From assembly GCA_026693065.1 (NCBI GenBank), contig JAPLNA010000203.1, positions 9,144 to 44,497 on the forward strand: 35,354 nucleotides of DNA, read 5' to 3'. The notes beneath the pieces were generated by a model that was not told the origin of the DNA, did no database searches, and saw only the letters and a list, made by a program, of their open reading frames with translations. Source of the stretch: Planctomycetota bacterium (GTDB lineage: Bacteria > Planctomycetota > Phycisphaerae > SM23-33). Shown here one piece after another: positions 16,728 through 26,928 of the stretch. Within the stretch, counting starts at the first letter, position 1; the number at the start of each line of letters is the position of its first letter. A program made the translations under genes and the position numbers.

Positions 16728-18443
16728 ATGACACGCACGCTCCATCGATACATTACGCGAGAATTCCTCCGGGTGATGCTGCTGGCGTTGCTGGCCTTCA
16801 CGCTGATCGTGACGGTGTTCGCGATCATCGAGCCGCTGCGCAAGCGCGGGCTGGATTTCAGCGGGGCGGCGGTGCTCTTCGCCCTGACCCTGCCCAGCGT
16901 GGTCAGCCTGACGCTGCCGATCGCCACGCTGTTCGCCGCGACGATCGTGTACGGGCGATTCAGCCAGGACAACGAATACCTCGCCAGCCGCGCCAGCGGA
17001 CTGTCCACCATCCGCGTGCTCGCCCCGGCGCTGGCGATCGGACTGATCGTGACGGTGATCTCGCTGGTGCTGAACAACTGGATCACGCCGGTGATGGTGA
17101 ACCTGGCCCGCGGGCCCCTGACGGAGAACATCGAGAACATTGTCTTCGGTCAGCTCCAGCGGCGCGGATTCATTAAGATGAAGGACTACGTCATCCACGC
17201 CGACACGGTCCGCCTCGTCGAGCGGCGCCTGGAGGGCGTGGTGGTGATCGCCGAGCCGCCGCAGGGGCGAGGGCAAACGACGATCATCGCCGCCCGGACC
17301 GCCAGCCCCCATTTCACCGAGCAGAACAAGCAGAACTACGTCACGCTGGAACTGGAGGGCGCCTCGATCCTCCGCGGGCAGACCGACCAGATCAAGCAGG
17401 AGTACATCCAGCCGCAGACCTTCCCGCTCGAACAGGCCGCCGAGAGGGAAGACCTCTCCTGGTACAACCTGGGCGAACTGTTGGAGTTTCTGCACGACCC
17501 GGCCAAGAGCAAGTCCATCCAGCGCGAGGTCGATCGGGCCCGGCGGCAACTGGTCGCCGGGGACCTGGCCAAGGACATGGCTGCCGCGATCGACAAGAGC
17601 GGTCAGTACGACCGCCTGGTGGACAACGACGGGGCCACGTACACGATCATAGCCGGCGGCACGAAGATCGATGCCAAGGGGGGCGTGGCGCTCCTTCCGG
17701 CGCCCGGAGAGAAGCCGGGCGAGCCCAAGATGGTTCGCGTTCGCCGGGTGCCCAAGCCCGCCGGGCCGGACCAGCCCGCCGAAAGCGCCGAGACCATCGT
17801 CGCGCCCTACGGCGAGGTCACGTCGGAATGGCAGGCCTGGAGCTCGCCCAAAATGTTCGTCTCCGCGATGCGGGGCAACCCGGAGGGCGCGGGGGTTTAC
17901 CTCGTGCGGATCGAGCTCTACGGCGACGCCACGACGGCCGCCACGGTCACGGCGGACGACCGCCTCAATCAGTCCAGCCACCTGCCGCGATGGACCCGCG
18001 GCGAGTTGTACATGCCCCCGGAGATCCTCGCCAACATCAAGAAGCCCGATCTGGCGGAGCTTCGCCGCCTGGCCCCCGACAAGGCCATGCAGAAGTCGTT
18101 GGACAACATTTCCAAGCGCCAGATTCCCGTATACAAGGCCCGCGTGCTGGCGGAGATCAACCTCCGCGCCGCCTACGGGTTCAGTTGCCTCGGCATGGTC
18201 GCCATGGGCGCGGCCCTGGGGCTGTGGTTCCGCGGCGGGCAGCTTATCAGCGCCTTCGCCCTCACGCTGGTCCCGGCCGTCCTGGTCATCTCCCTGGCGG
18301 TCCTGGGAAAGGAATTGCTCCGCAACGCCAAGCTCGCCACCGCCCCCGGCGGGGTGGCCACCGGGCTGAGCATCATGTGGAGCGGCTCGGCGGCCCTGCT
18401 GGTGGGATGTCTGATCCTCTACGCCTGGCTGACCCGCAAGTGA
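16728..18443 (+). CDS. lptF: LptF/LptG-family (YjgP/YjgQ) LPS export permease with an enlarged periplasmic domain
   Basis: The 571-aa protein has the N-terminus LHRYITREFLRVMLLALLAF characteristic of LptF/G. It has three N-terminal and three C-terminal transmembrane segments flanking a large soluble insert. Confidence 0.8.
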   Translation: MTRTLHRYITREFLRVMLLALLAFTLIVTVFAIIEPLRKRGLDFSGAAVLFALTLPSVVSLTLPIATLFAATIVYGRFSQDNEYLASRASGLSTIRVLAPALAIGLIVTVISLVLNNWITPVMVNLARGPLTENIENIVFGQLQRRGFIKMKDYVIHADTVRLVERRLEGVVVIAEPPQGRGQTTIIAARTASPHFTEQNKQNYVTLELEGASILRGQTDQIKQEYIQPQTFPLEQAAEREDLSWYNLGELLEFLHDPAKSKSIQREVDRARRQLVAGDLAKDMAAAIDKSGQYDRLVDNDGATYTIIAGGTKIDAKGGVALLPAPGEKPGEPKMVRVRRVPKPAGPDQPAESAETIVAPYGEVTSEWQAWSSPKMFVSAMRGNPEGAGVYLVRIELYGDATTAATVTADDRLNQSSHLPRWTRGELYMPPEILANIKKPDLAELRRLAPDKAMQKSLDNISKRQIPVYKARVLAEINLRAAYGFSCLGMVAMGAALGLWFRGGQLISAFALTLVPAVLVISLAVLGKELLRNAKLATAPGGVATGLSIMWSGSAALLVGCLILYAWLTRK

Positions 18444-18450
18444 ACCTGAC

Positions 18451-19824
18451 ATGACCACGCTCGACCGATACATCATCCGCACCTTCATCACCTCGGTGAT
18501 CCTGTGGTTCATCGTCCTGATGTCGGTCCGCGTCATGGCCGACCTGCTCTTCAACTTCGATGAATTTGCCGACACAGGGGGGGATTTCGGCGAGCGCATC
18601 CAGTGGATCGCCACCTACTACAGTTGCCAGTCCGTCCTCTACTTCGCCGAGTTGGGCGGGGTGATCATCGTCGCCGCGGCGGTCTTCTCGCTGGCGAGGA
18701 TGAACTACACCAACGAACTGACCGCCATCCTCGCCTCCGGCGTGAGCCTCTACCGCGTTCTGTTCCCCATCCTCATCGGTTCGGTCATCGTCGGCGGGCT
18801 GATCTTCATCGACCGGGAGTTCCTCATCCCCAGCATCTCCCATCGCCTCGTCCGCACGCGCGACAACGACACGATCAAGGACTTCATGATCCCCGCGCGG
18901 TCCGACGAGAACCGCACCGCCTGGTACGCCAAGATGTTCAACCCCGCCCAGGGGAAGATGGTCTCCCCGCGGGTGGTGTTGCGGACGGCGGACCTTCAGC
19001 CCTCGGTGACGGTCATGGCCGCCGCGGGGCGTCGCCCCACCAAGAGTGAAGCCGAGCGCCTCGAATCCGACCAGGGCTGGATCCTCGAAGGCGCCGTCGC
19101 CCGCCACGTCGGGCAGGGCTCGCCGAAGGTCTGGCCCAACTCCCCCACCGTCGCCCAGGTCTTCACCTCCCAGAGCCGCGACAAGCTCCTGGAGATGATC
19201 AATCAACACGTCAACCTCGCCGTCGACAACGACAACGGCGTCGCCCTCCACGGCAGCAGCCGCCTGATCGTCTCCGAACCCAAGAACGGAATGTACGACG
19301 ACGTCATCATCGAGAAGCCCCGCTTCGACCTGTGGGTCTACGAACGCGTCGGCGACACTACGTCCCACCGATACGTCGGCACCATCCTCGCCGACCGGGC
19401 GGACTGGCACGACCAGGCCAAGCCGGGCGACATCGAAGCCCACTGGGAACTCACCAACGGCGTGCTCTTCGTCCCCACCGACCTCGACAGCCGCGCCTTC
19501 GTCCTGCGGCAATCGAGTTCCTGGCTGGACTTCCTGGCCCTCAAGGACGTCACCAAGCTGCTCACCTTCGACCAGGCCGTCGGCGCCAAAGAAGCCGAAC
19601 TCACCATGCACGCCCGCATGACCGAGCCGATCTACAACGTCCTGCTCCTGCTGCTGGGCGTGCCCTTCATCCTCCCCCGCGAACGCAACCTCAAGACCTC
19701 CGCCGGGCTGTGCATGCTGGCCGTCTGCAAGCACCTGGACATGGTTCCCAGCCTCCGCGCCTGGCTGCCCCTGATGGTCTTCGGACCCATCGCCGCTCTC
19801 ACCGTCGACGGCATCAAGACGTGA
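18451..19824 (+). CDS. lptG: LptF/LptG-family LPS export permease (second paralog)
   Basis: The 457-aa protein has the N-terminus LDRYIIRTFITSVILWFIVL and the same 3+3 transmembrane topology. It lies 8 nt after lptF. Confidence 0.8.
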   Translation: MTTLDRYIIRTFITSVILWFIVLMSVRVMADLLFNFDEFADTGGDFGERIQWIATYYSCQSVLYFAELGGVIIVAAAVFSLARMNYTNELTAILASGVSLYRVLFPILIGSVIVGGLIFIDREFLIPSISHRLVRTRDNDTIKDFMIPARSDENRTAWYAKMFNPAQGKMVSPRVVLRTADLQPSVTVMAAAGRRPTKSEAERLESDQGWILEGAVARHVGQGSPKVWPNSPTVAQVFTSQSRDKLLEMINQHVNLAVDNDNGVALHGSSRLIVSEPKNGMYDDVIIEKPRFDLWVYERVGDTTSHRYVGTILADRADWHDQAKPGDIEAHWELTNGVLFVPTDLDSRAFVLRQSSSWLDFLALKDVTKLLTFDQAVGAKEAELTMHARMTEPIYNVLLLLLGVPFILPRERNLKTSAGLCMLAVCKHLDMVPSLRAWLPLMVFGPIAALTVDGIKT

Positions 19825-19828
19825 AGCA

Positions 19829-21061
19829 ATGAACCTCGCCGCCCGCGTTCCCGCCCGATCCCGCGCGTTCTTCCGGGCCGCCCTCTGGGACGCCGCCGGC
19901 GGCGGGGTGGTCGGCGGGGTCTTCGGCACCTTCGTCGGCGTCGCCGCCTACCGCCTCGGGGCCAGCCCCTTCCTGCTGACCGTGCTGTCCATCGCCCCCT
20001 TCATCGGGCTTCTGGCCAGCGTGCCCATGTCTCGCCTGGCCTATCGCTTCGCGTGGGCGCACCTGGCGGGTCTGACACGGATCGCCGGCCGCGTCGTGCT
20101 CCTGGCCTTCGCCCCCGTCACCGGCGCGGGCGCCTTCGTCTGGCTCGCCAGCGGCATCAGCGCCCTCCAGGCCGCCGGGGCGGGCTTCTTCGACTCCCTC
20201 ATGCAGTCCCACGTGCGAACACCCGTCCGCGCCCCACTGCTCCGCTGGATGCGAATCCTCCCGGTCGCCCTGTCCCTGCCGGCCGCCTGGGCCGCGGGAG
20301 TGTTCCTCGACGCCGACCACGCCGCCTATCGCTGGCTCTTCCCCGCCGTCGGGCTGCTGAGCGCCTTCACCTGCGCAGGCCTGCTCTTCCTGCCCCGCCG
20401 CCCCCTCGAAACCCAGACCGACGGCCGCCGCGTCGGCCTGCTCGCCGAGGTCCGCATCCTCAACCGGGACCGCGCGTTTCTGGTCTTCATGCTCGTCTAC
20501 TTCGTCGGCACGCTCGGGGAGAAACTCACCGGCCCGAGCACCCCGATGTACCTGGTCGACCAGCTTCACCTGAGCAACAGCCAGATCGCCATGGCCACCG
20601 GAATCGCCGGCCCCGCCGCCGGCATCGCCGGATACCTCCTCTGGGCTCGCCTGCTCAGCCGCGTCCATCCGCTGTTCGTCCTGACCTTCTGCATGACCGC
20701 CAAGGCCCTCCGCCCCATTCTGTGGGCCCTGGCCGCCTACTCGCCCCACCCCCTGGCGATCCTCGCCGCCGCCGAAATCTCCTTCGCCCTCCTTATCGCC
20801 GGGCTCGACCTGGCCGGGCTCGTCTGCGTCCTCCGAATGGTCCGAGGCGACCAGGGGCCTCTCTACCTCGGCATCCACTACGGCTTCATGGGCGTCCGCG
20901 GGCTCATCGGGCCCGTCATCGGGCTGTGGCTCTACAACGCCGGCGTCCCCATGGCCGACATCTTCTGGATCACCGCGGGCATCGTCCTCGTCGGGGGGCT
21001 AGCCCTGTGGGTCTTCGTGCGGCGATACTTGGCCCGCCCGGCCCCGCCCGCGGGCGAGTGA
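19829..21061 (+). CDS. Major facilitator superfamily transporter
   Basis: The 410-aa protein has about 12 predicted hydrophobic helices. It has an MFS-like loop motif and alanine/glycine/leucine-rich composition. Confidence 0.7.
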   Translation: MNLAARVPARSRAFFRAALWDAAGGGVVGGVFGTFVGVAAYRLGASPFLLTVLSIAPFIGLLASVPMSRLAYRFAWAHLAGLTRIAGRVVLLAFAPVTGAGAFVWLASGISALQAAGAGFFDSLMQSHVRTPVRAPLLRWMRILPVALSLPAAWAAGVFLDADHAAYRWLFPAVGLLSAFTCAGLLFLPRRPLETQTDGRRVGLLAEVRILNRDRAFLVFMLVYFVGTLGEKLTGPSTPMYLVDQLHLSNSQIAMATGIAGPAAGIAGYLLWARLLSRVHPLFVLTFCMTAKALRPILWALAAYSPHPLAILAAAEISFALLIAGLDLAGLVCVLRMVRGDQGPLYLGIHYGFMGVRGLIGPVIGLWLYNAGVPMADIFWITAGIVLVGGLALWVFVRRYLARPAPPAGE

Positions 21062-21089
21062 GCCGGCCCCAGCGCCCCCCGCGCAGACC

Positions 21090-21137
21090 GACGACCGGCA
21101 AGAGAGCCCACCCGCTTGCCAGCCGCCGTCGTGGTCT
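21090..21137. terminator. Imperfect long hairpin between the convergent MFS and PEP-CTERM genes; candidate bidirectional terminator
   Basis: cgacgaccggcaag...cttgccagccgccgtcg has a perfect inner 6-bp stem ggcaag/cttgcc. Confidence 0.35.
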
Positions 21138-21146
21138 CTGAACCCG

Positions 21147-21821
21147 CTACCGATGCCGACGCCGCAGCATCACCAGCCCGCCCAGCACCAACAGGCTCAG
21201 CGTCGCCGGTTCGGGGGAGATCGTGTCGATGACTACCTGATCCAGGCCCGTACCGGCGGGGACATGGATCGCGACATACTCCCACCACGGATTGGGCACG
21301 ATCTGCCAGTCACTGACGATATGGCCCAGGGCGGGACTGCCGGTCCCGAGCGGGGAGCCTATGTACTCGACACGGTCGGGCAAGTACCCGATGTACCCGC
21401 GCACGTCCACAACCGTCGGGGAGAACTGGCCCGTCCAGGTGATCTGGACGCGGATCAGCTTGTTCGGCTCGTTATCCATCCAGTTGGGGATCTCGAAGCT
21501 GACGTCGCGCCCAAGGGGGTTGACGTTGAAGAGTTCTCCGTCTCCATCGCCGGGCCTCCAGAACCAGTCCTCCGCATACGAGCAGTCCGCGTGATTCGTG
21601 AACCAGTAGCTGGGGTACATCTCATGGATACCGTCGCCCACGGCCTGCTCGTTCTCGGGCATGATGTAATGCCACCCATCCTGCGGCGGCGGCGTGGTGA
21701 AATCCCATTGCGCCATGCTGGACAACGGTCCGCCCCGCCACGGCGGCGGAGCGAAGTCGTCCGCCACCACCGGCCCTGCGCAGGCTAAGACCACACATAC
21801 TGCAAGAAGTGCTCGTTTCAT
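21147..21821 (-). CDS. Secreted PEP-CTERM domain protein (exosortase substrate)
   Basis: It has a signal peptide MKRALLAVCVVLACAGPVVA. The C-terminus is SPEPATLSLLVLGGLVMLRRRHR: a PEP motif, then a transmembrane helix, then a basic tail. A ribosome-binding site GGAGAGGTG is present. Confidence 0.8.
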   Translation of the reverse strand: MKRALLAVCVVLACAGPVVADDFAPPPWRGGPLSSMAQWDFTTPPPQDGWHYIMPENEQAVGDGIHEMYPSYWFTNHADCSYAEDWFWRPGDGDGELFNVNPLGRDVSFEIPNWMDNEPNKLIRVQITWTGQFSPTVVDVRGYIGYLPDRVEYIGSPLGTGSPALGHIVSDWQIVPNPWWEYVAIHVPAGTGLDQVVIDTISPEPATLSLLVLGGLVMLRRRHR

Positions 21822-22207
21822 GTCACCTCTCCTTCCTTGGGCGTCGCGCTACCGCGGCGCCGGCTCGGACTCCACGATACATCCTGCGGCATGAGCAGAA
21901 ATGCCACTACCCGGAGCGTTGAACGTCGGGCCCGCACCGAAGCCCTTCGCCAGCGCCCTCCATACCAGACGGCCGGCTCATGCCGATAGCCGCTCCACAG
22001 TGGAGGGACTCGCTTGTGGAATAGTATATGCCGATATACCAATGTCTGTCAAGGAAAACCCCTGCCGTTTACTGATAAATCCCCCGAGGTCGACACAATT
22101 CCCGTCCCAGACGGGCTTTCCGACCGCCTCCGAATCGCCAAACACTGAAACTTCCTCACCCTATCCCCTACACCCGCTCCGTGTCCGCGCGAAAGTCCTG
22201 CATCAGC

Positions 22208-23431
22208 CTACCGACCGACGTCCGCAAAAAACTCCCGCACCAACTGCCGATGCCGAAGCGGCACCGACCCGCTGTCCAACGCCGCCGCCGCTCGCGCCGC
22301 CGCATCCCGCCACGCCTTGTCATACGGCATCATCTCGCCGCCCCCCCCCCTGCCCGTCCCACCCTCGCCGGCCCCCTCCTGCTCACCCGGTCTCCCGGGC
22401 CCCGCCCACGCCACCGGTCCCCCGCCCCCGACCGCCCGCTCCCCTCCCAGTCGTTCCCCTCCCTCCCGCTCCCTTCCCGGCCGCTTGCGGCTTCGCGTCC
22501 CCCCCTCCCCATCCCCCTCTCCTGCTCCTTCCCCCATCCCCGCGAACTCCGCCCCCACCACCGATCTCACATCCACCCCCGCCCGACGCAATTCCCCCAG
22601 CATTCTCGCCACCGCCCCCTGATCGCCCGCCTCGACCGCCGCCGGCATCTCCGCCAGGGGCACCTCCACCCCCGCCGCCTTGGCTTCCGCGGCGGCGGCC
22701 TGAATCCTCCGGATCAACTCGGTCTTCTGCTCAGGCGTCATCGCCGCCAGGTCCACGCCCTGCCCCTTCTCCCTCGGCCCGATAACTGGCAGCAGAAGCA
22801 CCGTCCCCCACAGCAAGGCCGCCACCGCCACCGCCGCCGGAGTCGCCCGGGTGCGAGTCCACAAGCTCACTCGATCGGCCCGCCCGGCCCGCAGGATCGC
22901 CTCGCCCTGCCGACAGACCATCGCCGCCGCGTCGCTGTCGCCCGCCCGAGCGGCCACCTGCGCCGCCGTGCCCAGCCGTTCGGCGAACCCGCCCCGCTCA
23001 TCCAGCAGCCTCGCCGTCCCCGCCACGTCCACCCGCCGGGTCAGCACCGGCCCCGCCCCCGCCAGCACGGCCGCCGCCACCATCGCCGCCGTCAGCACCG
23101 CGCGACTCTCGCCCCCGACCCCCGTCAGCAACACTCCCAGGCCCAGCAGCCCTGCTCCGATCAGCACGGCCACGACCGGCCCGGCCGGCCTGACTCGCTC
23201 GCGTATCCGCCGCCACGCCGCCACGACCGCCCCCAGCACGACCAGTCCGGCCGTCAGTCCGATCGCCACGCCGCGATACTCCGCCTGCACCCCCATCGCC
23301 CCCGCCACCGTCGCCGCCGCCAGGCACCCAGCCACGCCGGTCGCCGCCGCCTCCTCCGCCGCCAGGCAGAGCCGCCGCTTCCGCCCGCGTCGCTCCAGCA
23401 TCGCCAGCACGTCTGCGCCATCTCGTGTCAT
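22208..23431 (-). CDS. Hypothetical membrane protein: four N-terminal transmembrane helices, then an alanine/glutamate-rich helical region, then a glycine/glutamate-rich low-complexity tail
   Basis: The track ORF is 407 aa. GC3 bias favours this frame over the overlapping proline/arginine-rich plus-strand ORFs. I recognise no family. It contains a G10 homopolymer (plus-strand C10 at 22331-22340). Confidence 0.4.
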   Translation of the reverse strand: MTRDGADVLAMLERRGRKRRLCLAAEEAAATGVAGCLAAATVAGAMGVQAEYRGVAIGLTAGLVVLGAVVAAWRRIRERVRPAGPVVAVLIGAGLLGLGVLLTGVGGESRAVLTAAMVAAAVLAGAGPVLTRRVDVAGTARLLDERGGFAERLGTAAQVAARAGDSDAAAMVCRQGEAILRAGRADRVSLWTRTRATPAAVAVAALLWGTVLLLPVIGPREKGQGVDLAAMTPEQKTELIRRIQAAAAEAKAAGVEVPLAEMPAAVEAGDQGAVARMLGELRRAGVDVRSVVGAEFAGMGEGAGEGDGEGGTRSRKRPGREREGGERLGGERAVGGGGPVAWAGPGRPGEQEGAGEGGTGRGGGGEMMPYDKAWRDAAARAAAALDSGSVPLRHRQLVREFFADVGR

Positions 23432-23524
23432 CGTCCAATCTCCACCTTCATTATGCTCCCCCGGTGGAACGGGGACAAGGGAGGGAGCGAGGAACTGGGA
23501 ACAGCGGCAGAACCCGATCTGTCG

Positions 23525-23550
23525 GACTGCTCGCTTCAGCGACTAGCAGC
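23525..23550. terminator. Hairpin gactgctcgcttcagcgactagcagc downstream of the 23543..24355 gene. Its first 18 nt are identical to the hairpin at 26929
   Basis: The exact 18-mer GACTGCTCGCTTCAGCGA occurs at 23525-23542 and 26929-26946. It has a nested palindrome tcgc-ttca-gcga. Confidence 0.4.
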
Positions 23551-24355
23551 GAACCTGCTTCTTGCGCGGATAACGGAGGCTGACGTGCGGGTCCGGGCCC
23601 TCGGCGCAGAGGGCGACGGCCAGGTCGCGGAATGTCTGAAGGTCTCCGAAGGAGGCCCTGTGAGAGCATGGCGGCCCGAATAGCCGCCCCAGAAGGAGAA
23701 TGCCCCCGAGGATCGCCAGTGCCCGTCCGAATCCGATCAGATGAGTAAACGTTTCGGGGAAGGAGATGACGGCAAGGCCGGGCAGGAGCAAGACAGGCCA
23801 CATCGCCGTACGCCAACTCGTCCGACGCTTGTACTGTATCTTCACGAGCGGAAGCCTGCCCGGGGCCAACCGGTCGATGTCGCAAAGGAACGTGGCGTAG
23901 TACTCCTGCACGTATTCCTCCAGGGGCGTGGAGGGCGTCAGGCCCGTCACGTCGGCGCCGGCCTTCTCGAGGCAGCGACGGATCGCCAGGAACATGGCCG
24001 CCGGGCGACAGGGCCGGCCCAGGATAGTCAAAGGCCCCACCACCGGCATGGTCGCCCGGGCGGCAATGAACCGGCAGAACTCCCCGAGCGTCCGCCGCTT
24101 CTCAGGTTCCAGAACGCTCCGCCACTCCTGATCGCTGCACTGAATCCCCCATAAACCTCCGACGGTCTGCCCGAGTTCGAGGCTCTGGATCATATCTGTG
24201 GCCTCTCGCCATTCGGCGATCGTGGTCGCAAACGTCAACGTGACGACGGGATCCGCATAACCCCATTCGCACGTCTGCCTGTGCTGGGCAACCAACTCAC
24301 CCAAAACGTCTTCCGGCGTGGCCGGCCGAGTTGTCGTGCAATTCTCGCTGTTCAT
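23543..24355 (-). CDS. Hypothetical protein with a C-terminal membrane segment
   Basis: The protein is 270 aa from ATG at 24355 (MNSENCTTTRPATPEDV...). The track gives an alternative start at 24388. It has a hydrophobic C-terminal region (WPVLLLPGLAVISF..LAILGGILLLGRLF). I recognise no family. Confidence 0.5.
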   Translation of the reverse strand: MNSENCTTTRPATPEDVLGELVAQHRQTCEWGYADPVVTLTFATTIAEWREATDMIQSLELGQTVGGLWGIQCSDQEWRSVLEPEKRRTLGEFCRFIAARATMPVVGPLTILGRPCRPAAMFLAIRRCLEKAGADVTGLTPSTPLEEYVQEYYATFLCDIDRLAPGRLPLVKIQYKRRTSWRTAMWPVLLLPGLAVISFPETFTHLIGFGRALAILGGILLLGRLFGPPCSHRASFGDLQTFRDLAVALCAEGPDPHVSLRYPRKKQVRC

Positions 24356-24544
24356 GTCCGCCTCCCGAGGGGAACACTCCCGGCACACGGTATTCTACCC
24401 CCGCCGCCACGCTCCAGCCAGTAAACCCAGGCCGCATCGCATCCCTGCGACCGCCGCGCGAACCCCGACGTGTTTCCTCCGTATGAAAGAAGGCCTGCTT
24501 GTAGCGTCCGAATGTAGACTGGGGATGAGTCGGACTCCGCTCCA

Positions 24545-24573
24545 CTTGACCTTCCCGGCCCGCGGGCGTATCT
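24545..24573 (+). promoter_or_regulatory. Sigma70-like promoter TTGACC-N17-TATCTT for the GH20 gene
   Basis: The -35 lies at 24545-24550 and the -10 at 24568-24573. They sit about 90 nt upstream of the signal-peptide start codon at 24661. Confidence 0.45.
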
Positions 24574-24660
24574 TCTCCGGGCATGGCGACCATCAACGAC
24601 CGCAATTCCGACAAGCCAGAGGCATCCCCGGGCCCGGCCACACAGACGCTCGGCGGGGAT

Positions 24661-26877
24661 ATGGCGTGCCTCTTGGCTGTCCTGACCAACCGTTTCCTGC
24701 TATCTGTTCTTGTCCTGGCTTGGGCTGTCACGGCGGCACAGGGCGCGGAGGTGAACCTGGTCCCGTGGCCGCGATCGGTGAAGCTCGCCGAGGGGGCCAT
24801 GGCCCTGACGCCCGCCGGCAGAATCGTTGCCGGCGACGGCAAGTTGGGGGCCTTGGCGCGGGTTCTATCGGATGAGGTATACCTGGCCAGCGGGGTGCGT
24901 CTGGCCGCCGCACAGGGCCCGGCCAGGGCGGGCGACATCGTCCTGGAGATCTCCGACCGGCTGGGCGAGGAGGGCTACTCACTTGAGATCACCGACCGGG
25001 CGGCCATCCGCGGCGGCAGCTACGTCGGGGTCGCCTGGGGCACAGCGACGCTCCTGCAGGCCCTCACCGTCGCGGGCGACAAGGCCGCCCTGCCTTGTCT
25101 GAGCATCGCCGATCAGCCCGACGCGCCCTACCGGGGTTACATGAAGGACGTCGCCCGCCAGGAAGTCACCATCGAGGAGCTCCACGCCACGGTCGAGTTG
25201 TGCCGCCTGTACAAGGTCCGCTACCTGCACCTGCACCTCAACGACGACCAGGCTTGGACGTTCCCCTCCAAGGCCTATCCCAAGCTCGGCTCGGGCAACT
25301 TCAGCGCGCACAGCGGCCCGACGCCCAAGGTGTACGACCGCGAGGCCCTCAAGGCCCTCGTGCGGTTCGCGGATGAGCGGGGCGTCACGATCATCCCGGA
25401 ACTGGAAGGCCCCATGCACAGCGACTCGCTGCGCATCCCGTACCCGGAGGTCTTCGACGCCAACGAGGGCCCCGCCCACATGGGGATCGTCAACACGGCC
25501 AGCGACGAAGTCTACCCGGCCCTGGACACGCTCTTGGGCGAGATCGTCGAGGTGTTCGCCTCCTCGCCGTACATTCACATCGGTTGCGATGAGGTGGACA
25601 CCGGCCGCGTCCCCGGAGCCCCCAGTTACAAGAAGTTCATGGCCAAGCACGCCTTCAAGGAACCCGGCGAGTGCTTCGCCTACTACGTCCGCCAGATGGT
25701 CGACAGCGCCAAGCGGCACGGCAAGACGCCCATCTGCTGGGCCTGGGCCGCCCTGGACCAGACCGATCCCAAGGACCTTATCGTAATGCACTGGACGATG
25801 GAACCCGGCGTCGCCCAGGGGTGCCTGAAGAGAGGCTTCCGCGTGATCAACGCCCCCAACCATGGCTTCGCCGGGCCTCACGACGCCATCCGCGACCACG
25901 TGCCCGTGGGCATGCCGCAGTTCAACTACGAGTTCAACCGGTACGTTTTCGGCCCGGCGGGCACGCCGGCCGTCGCGGCCACCCCGCTCGTGATCGGCGG
26001 ACAGGTGAACGACTGGGAGTCGACCTGGGACTATTCGCTCGCGGGCGCCCGCCTGTCCGTGCCCGCCCGAACCGCTGCTCTGTGGTACGAGAAATGCCCC
26101 GCCCCGTACGAGGAATACGCCAGGCACTTCAAGCACACCGACGCCCTGCTGGAACGGCTGGTCCAGCCGGTGACGATTGCCACCACGTCGGCCGACACGT
26201 TCGACCAGACCAAGGTCATCCAACTGCTCCGCGCCCGCCGGGCCTTCACCAAGCCCGTGACGGTCACTCTCACCTGCCCCTTGCCCGGAACGAGAATCCG
26301 CTACACCCTGGACGCCGGCCGGCCCGCCGCCGACTCCCCGGCCCCGGTCGGCCCCATCGCCATCGACAAGACCACCGAGATGCGGGTAGCCCTGTTTGAC
26401 GCCGACGGCCGCCGGCTCGCCCCCGAGCAGCGGGTGATCCACCAGAAGGTCGACTACGAGATGAACCTCACCACCGGCAAGCCCGTCACGGCGTCGGCGG
26501 TCGCGGGCGAGGCCAATGCCCAGTACGCCGTGGACGGCTTCGTGATGCTGGACATCTGGCGTGGCTGGTGGGACGGGGGCCCGGGCCCGCAGTGGCTCTC
26601 GATCGACCTCCAGGAGACCCACCGGCTCAACAAGGTGCACGTGTTCCCCTATTACGGCGAGCCCCGCACCTGCACTTATGTCGTCGAGGTCTCCCTCGAC
26701 GGTAAGAGTTGGACGAAGGTGGCCGACCGCTCGAAGAACACCGCCCCGGCCACCCCCGCCGGCCACGTCGACACGTTCGAGCCGACCTCGGCCCGATATC
26801 TCCGCGTCACGGTCCTGGGCGACAAGGCTAATCCCGGCGCCCACCTGGTCGAGGTCCGCGCCTACGAGGCGAAGTAG
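24661..26877 (+). CDS. Secreted beta-N-acetylhexosaminidase (GH20) with a C-terminal F5/8 type C (discoidin) carbohydrate-binding domain
   Basis: It has a signal peptide MACLLAVLTNRFLLSVLVLAWAVTAAQGA. It carries the GH20 N-domain (LVPWPRSVKL), a catalytic region (HLHLNDDQAW, HIGCDEV) and a C-terminal discoidin-like region (WLSIDL...YLRVTVLG). The ATG at 24583 would add a 26-aa non-hydrophobic leader, so I chose 24661. Confidence 0.85.
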   Translation: MACLLAVLTNRFLLSVLVLAWAVTAAQGAEVNLVPWPRSVKLAEGAMALTPAGRIVAGDGKLGALARVLSDEVYLASGVRLAAAQGPARAGDIVLEISDRLGEEGYSLEITDRAAIRGGSYVGVAWGTATLLQALTVAGDKAALPCLSIADQPDAPYRGYMKDVARQEVTIEELHATVELCRLYKVRYLHLHLNDDQAWTFPSKAYPKLGSGNFSAHSGPTPKVYDREALKALVRFADERGVTIIPELEGPMHSDSLRIPYPEVFDANEGPAHMGIVNTASDEVYPALDTLLGEIVEVFASSPYIHIGCDEVDTGRVPGAPSYKKFMAKHAFKEPGECFAYYVRQMVDSAKRHGKTPICWAWAALDQTDPKDLIVMHWTMEPGVAQGCLKRGFRVINAPNHGFAGPHDAIRDHVPVGMPQFNYEFNRYVFGPAGTPAVAATPLVIGGQVNDWESTWDYSLAGARLSVPARTAALWYEKCPAPYEEYARHFKHTDALLERLVQPVTIATTSADTFDQTKVIQLLRARRAFTKPVTVTLTCPLPGTRIRYTLDAGRPAADSPAPVGPIAIDKTTEMRVALFDADGRRLAPEQRVIHQKVDYEMNLTTGKPVTASAVAGEANAQYAVDGFVMLDIWRGWWDGGPGPQWLSIDLQETHRLNKVHVFPYYGEPRTCTYVVEVSLDGKSWTKVADRSKNTAPATPAGHVDTFEPTSARYLRVTVLGDKANPGAHLVEVRAYEAK

Positions 26878-26928
26878 ACAACCGCCTCCCCAAAACAGCG
26901 GCGAAACCGTTTTTCCCCACGGGAAAGG

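Noticed and set aside
18373-20878. Minus-strand ORFs 18373..19929 and 19814..20878 antisense to lptG and the MFS transporter
   Set aside because: They are glycine/aspartate/glutamate-rich low-complexity antisense artefacts.
21901-23683. Proline-rich plus-strand ORFs (21901..22785 and 22181..23683) over the 22208..23431 region
   Set aside because: They show poor third-position GC bias and extreme proline/arginine/histidine composition. The minus-strand frame, with transmembrane helices, was preferred, though at low confidence.
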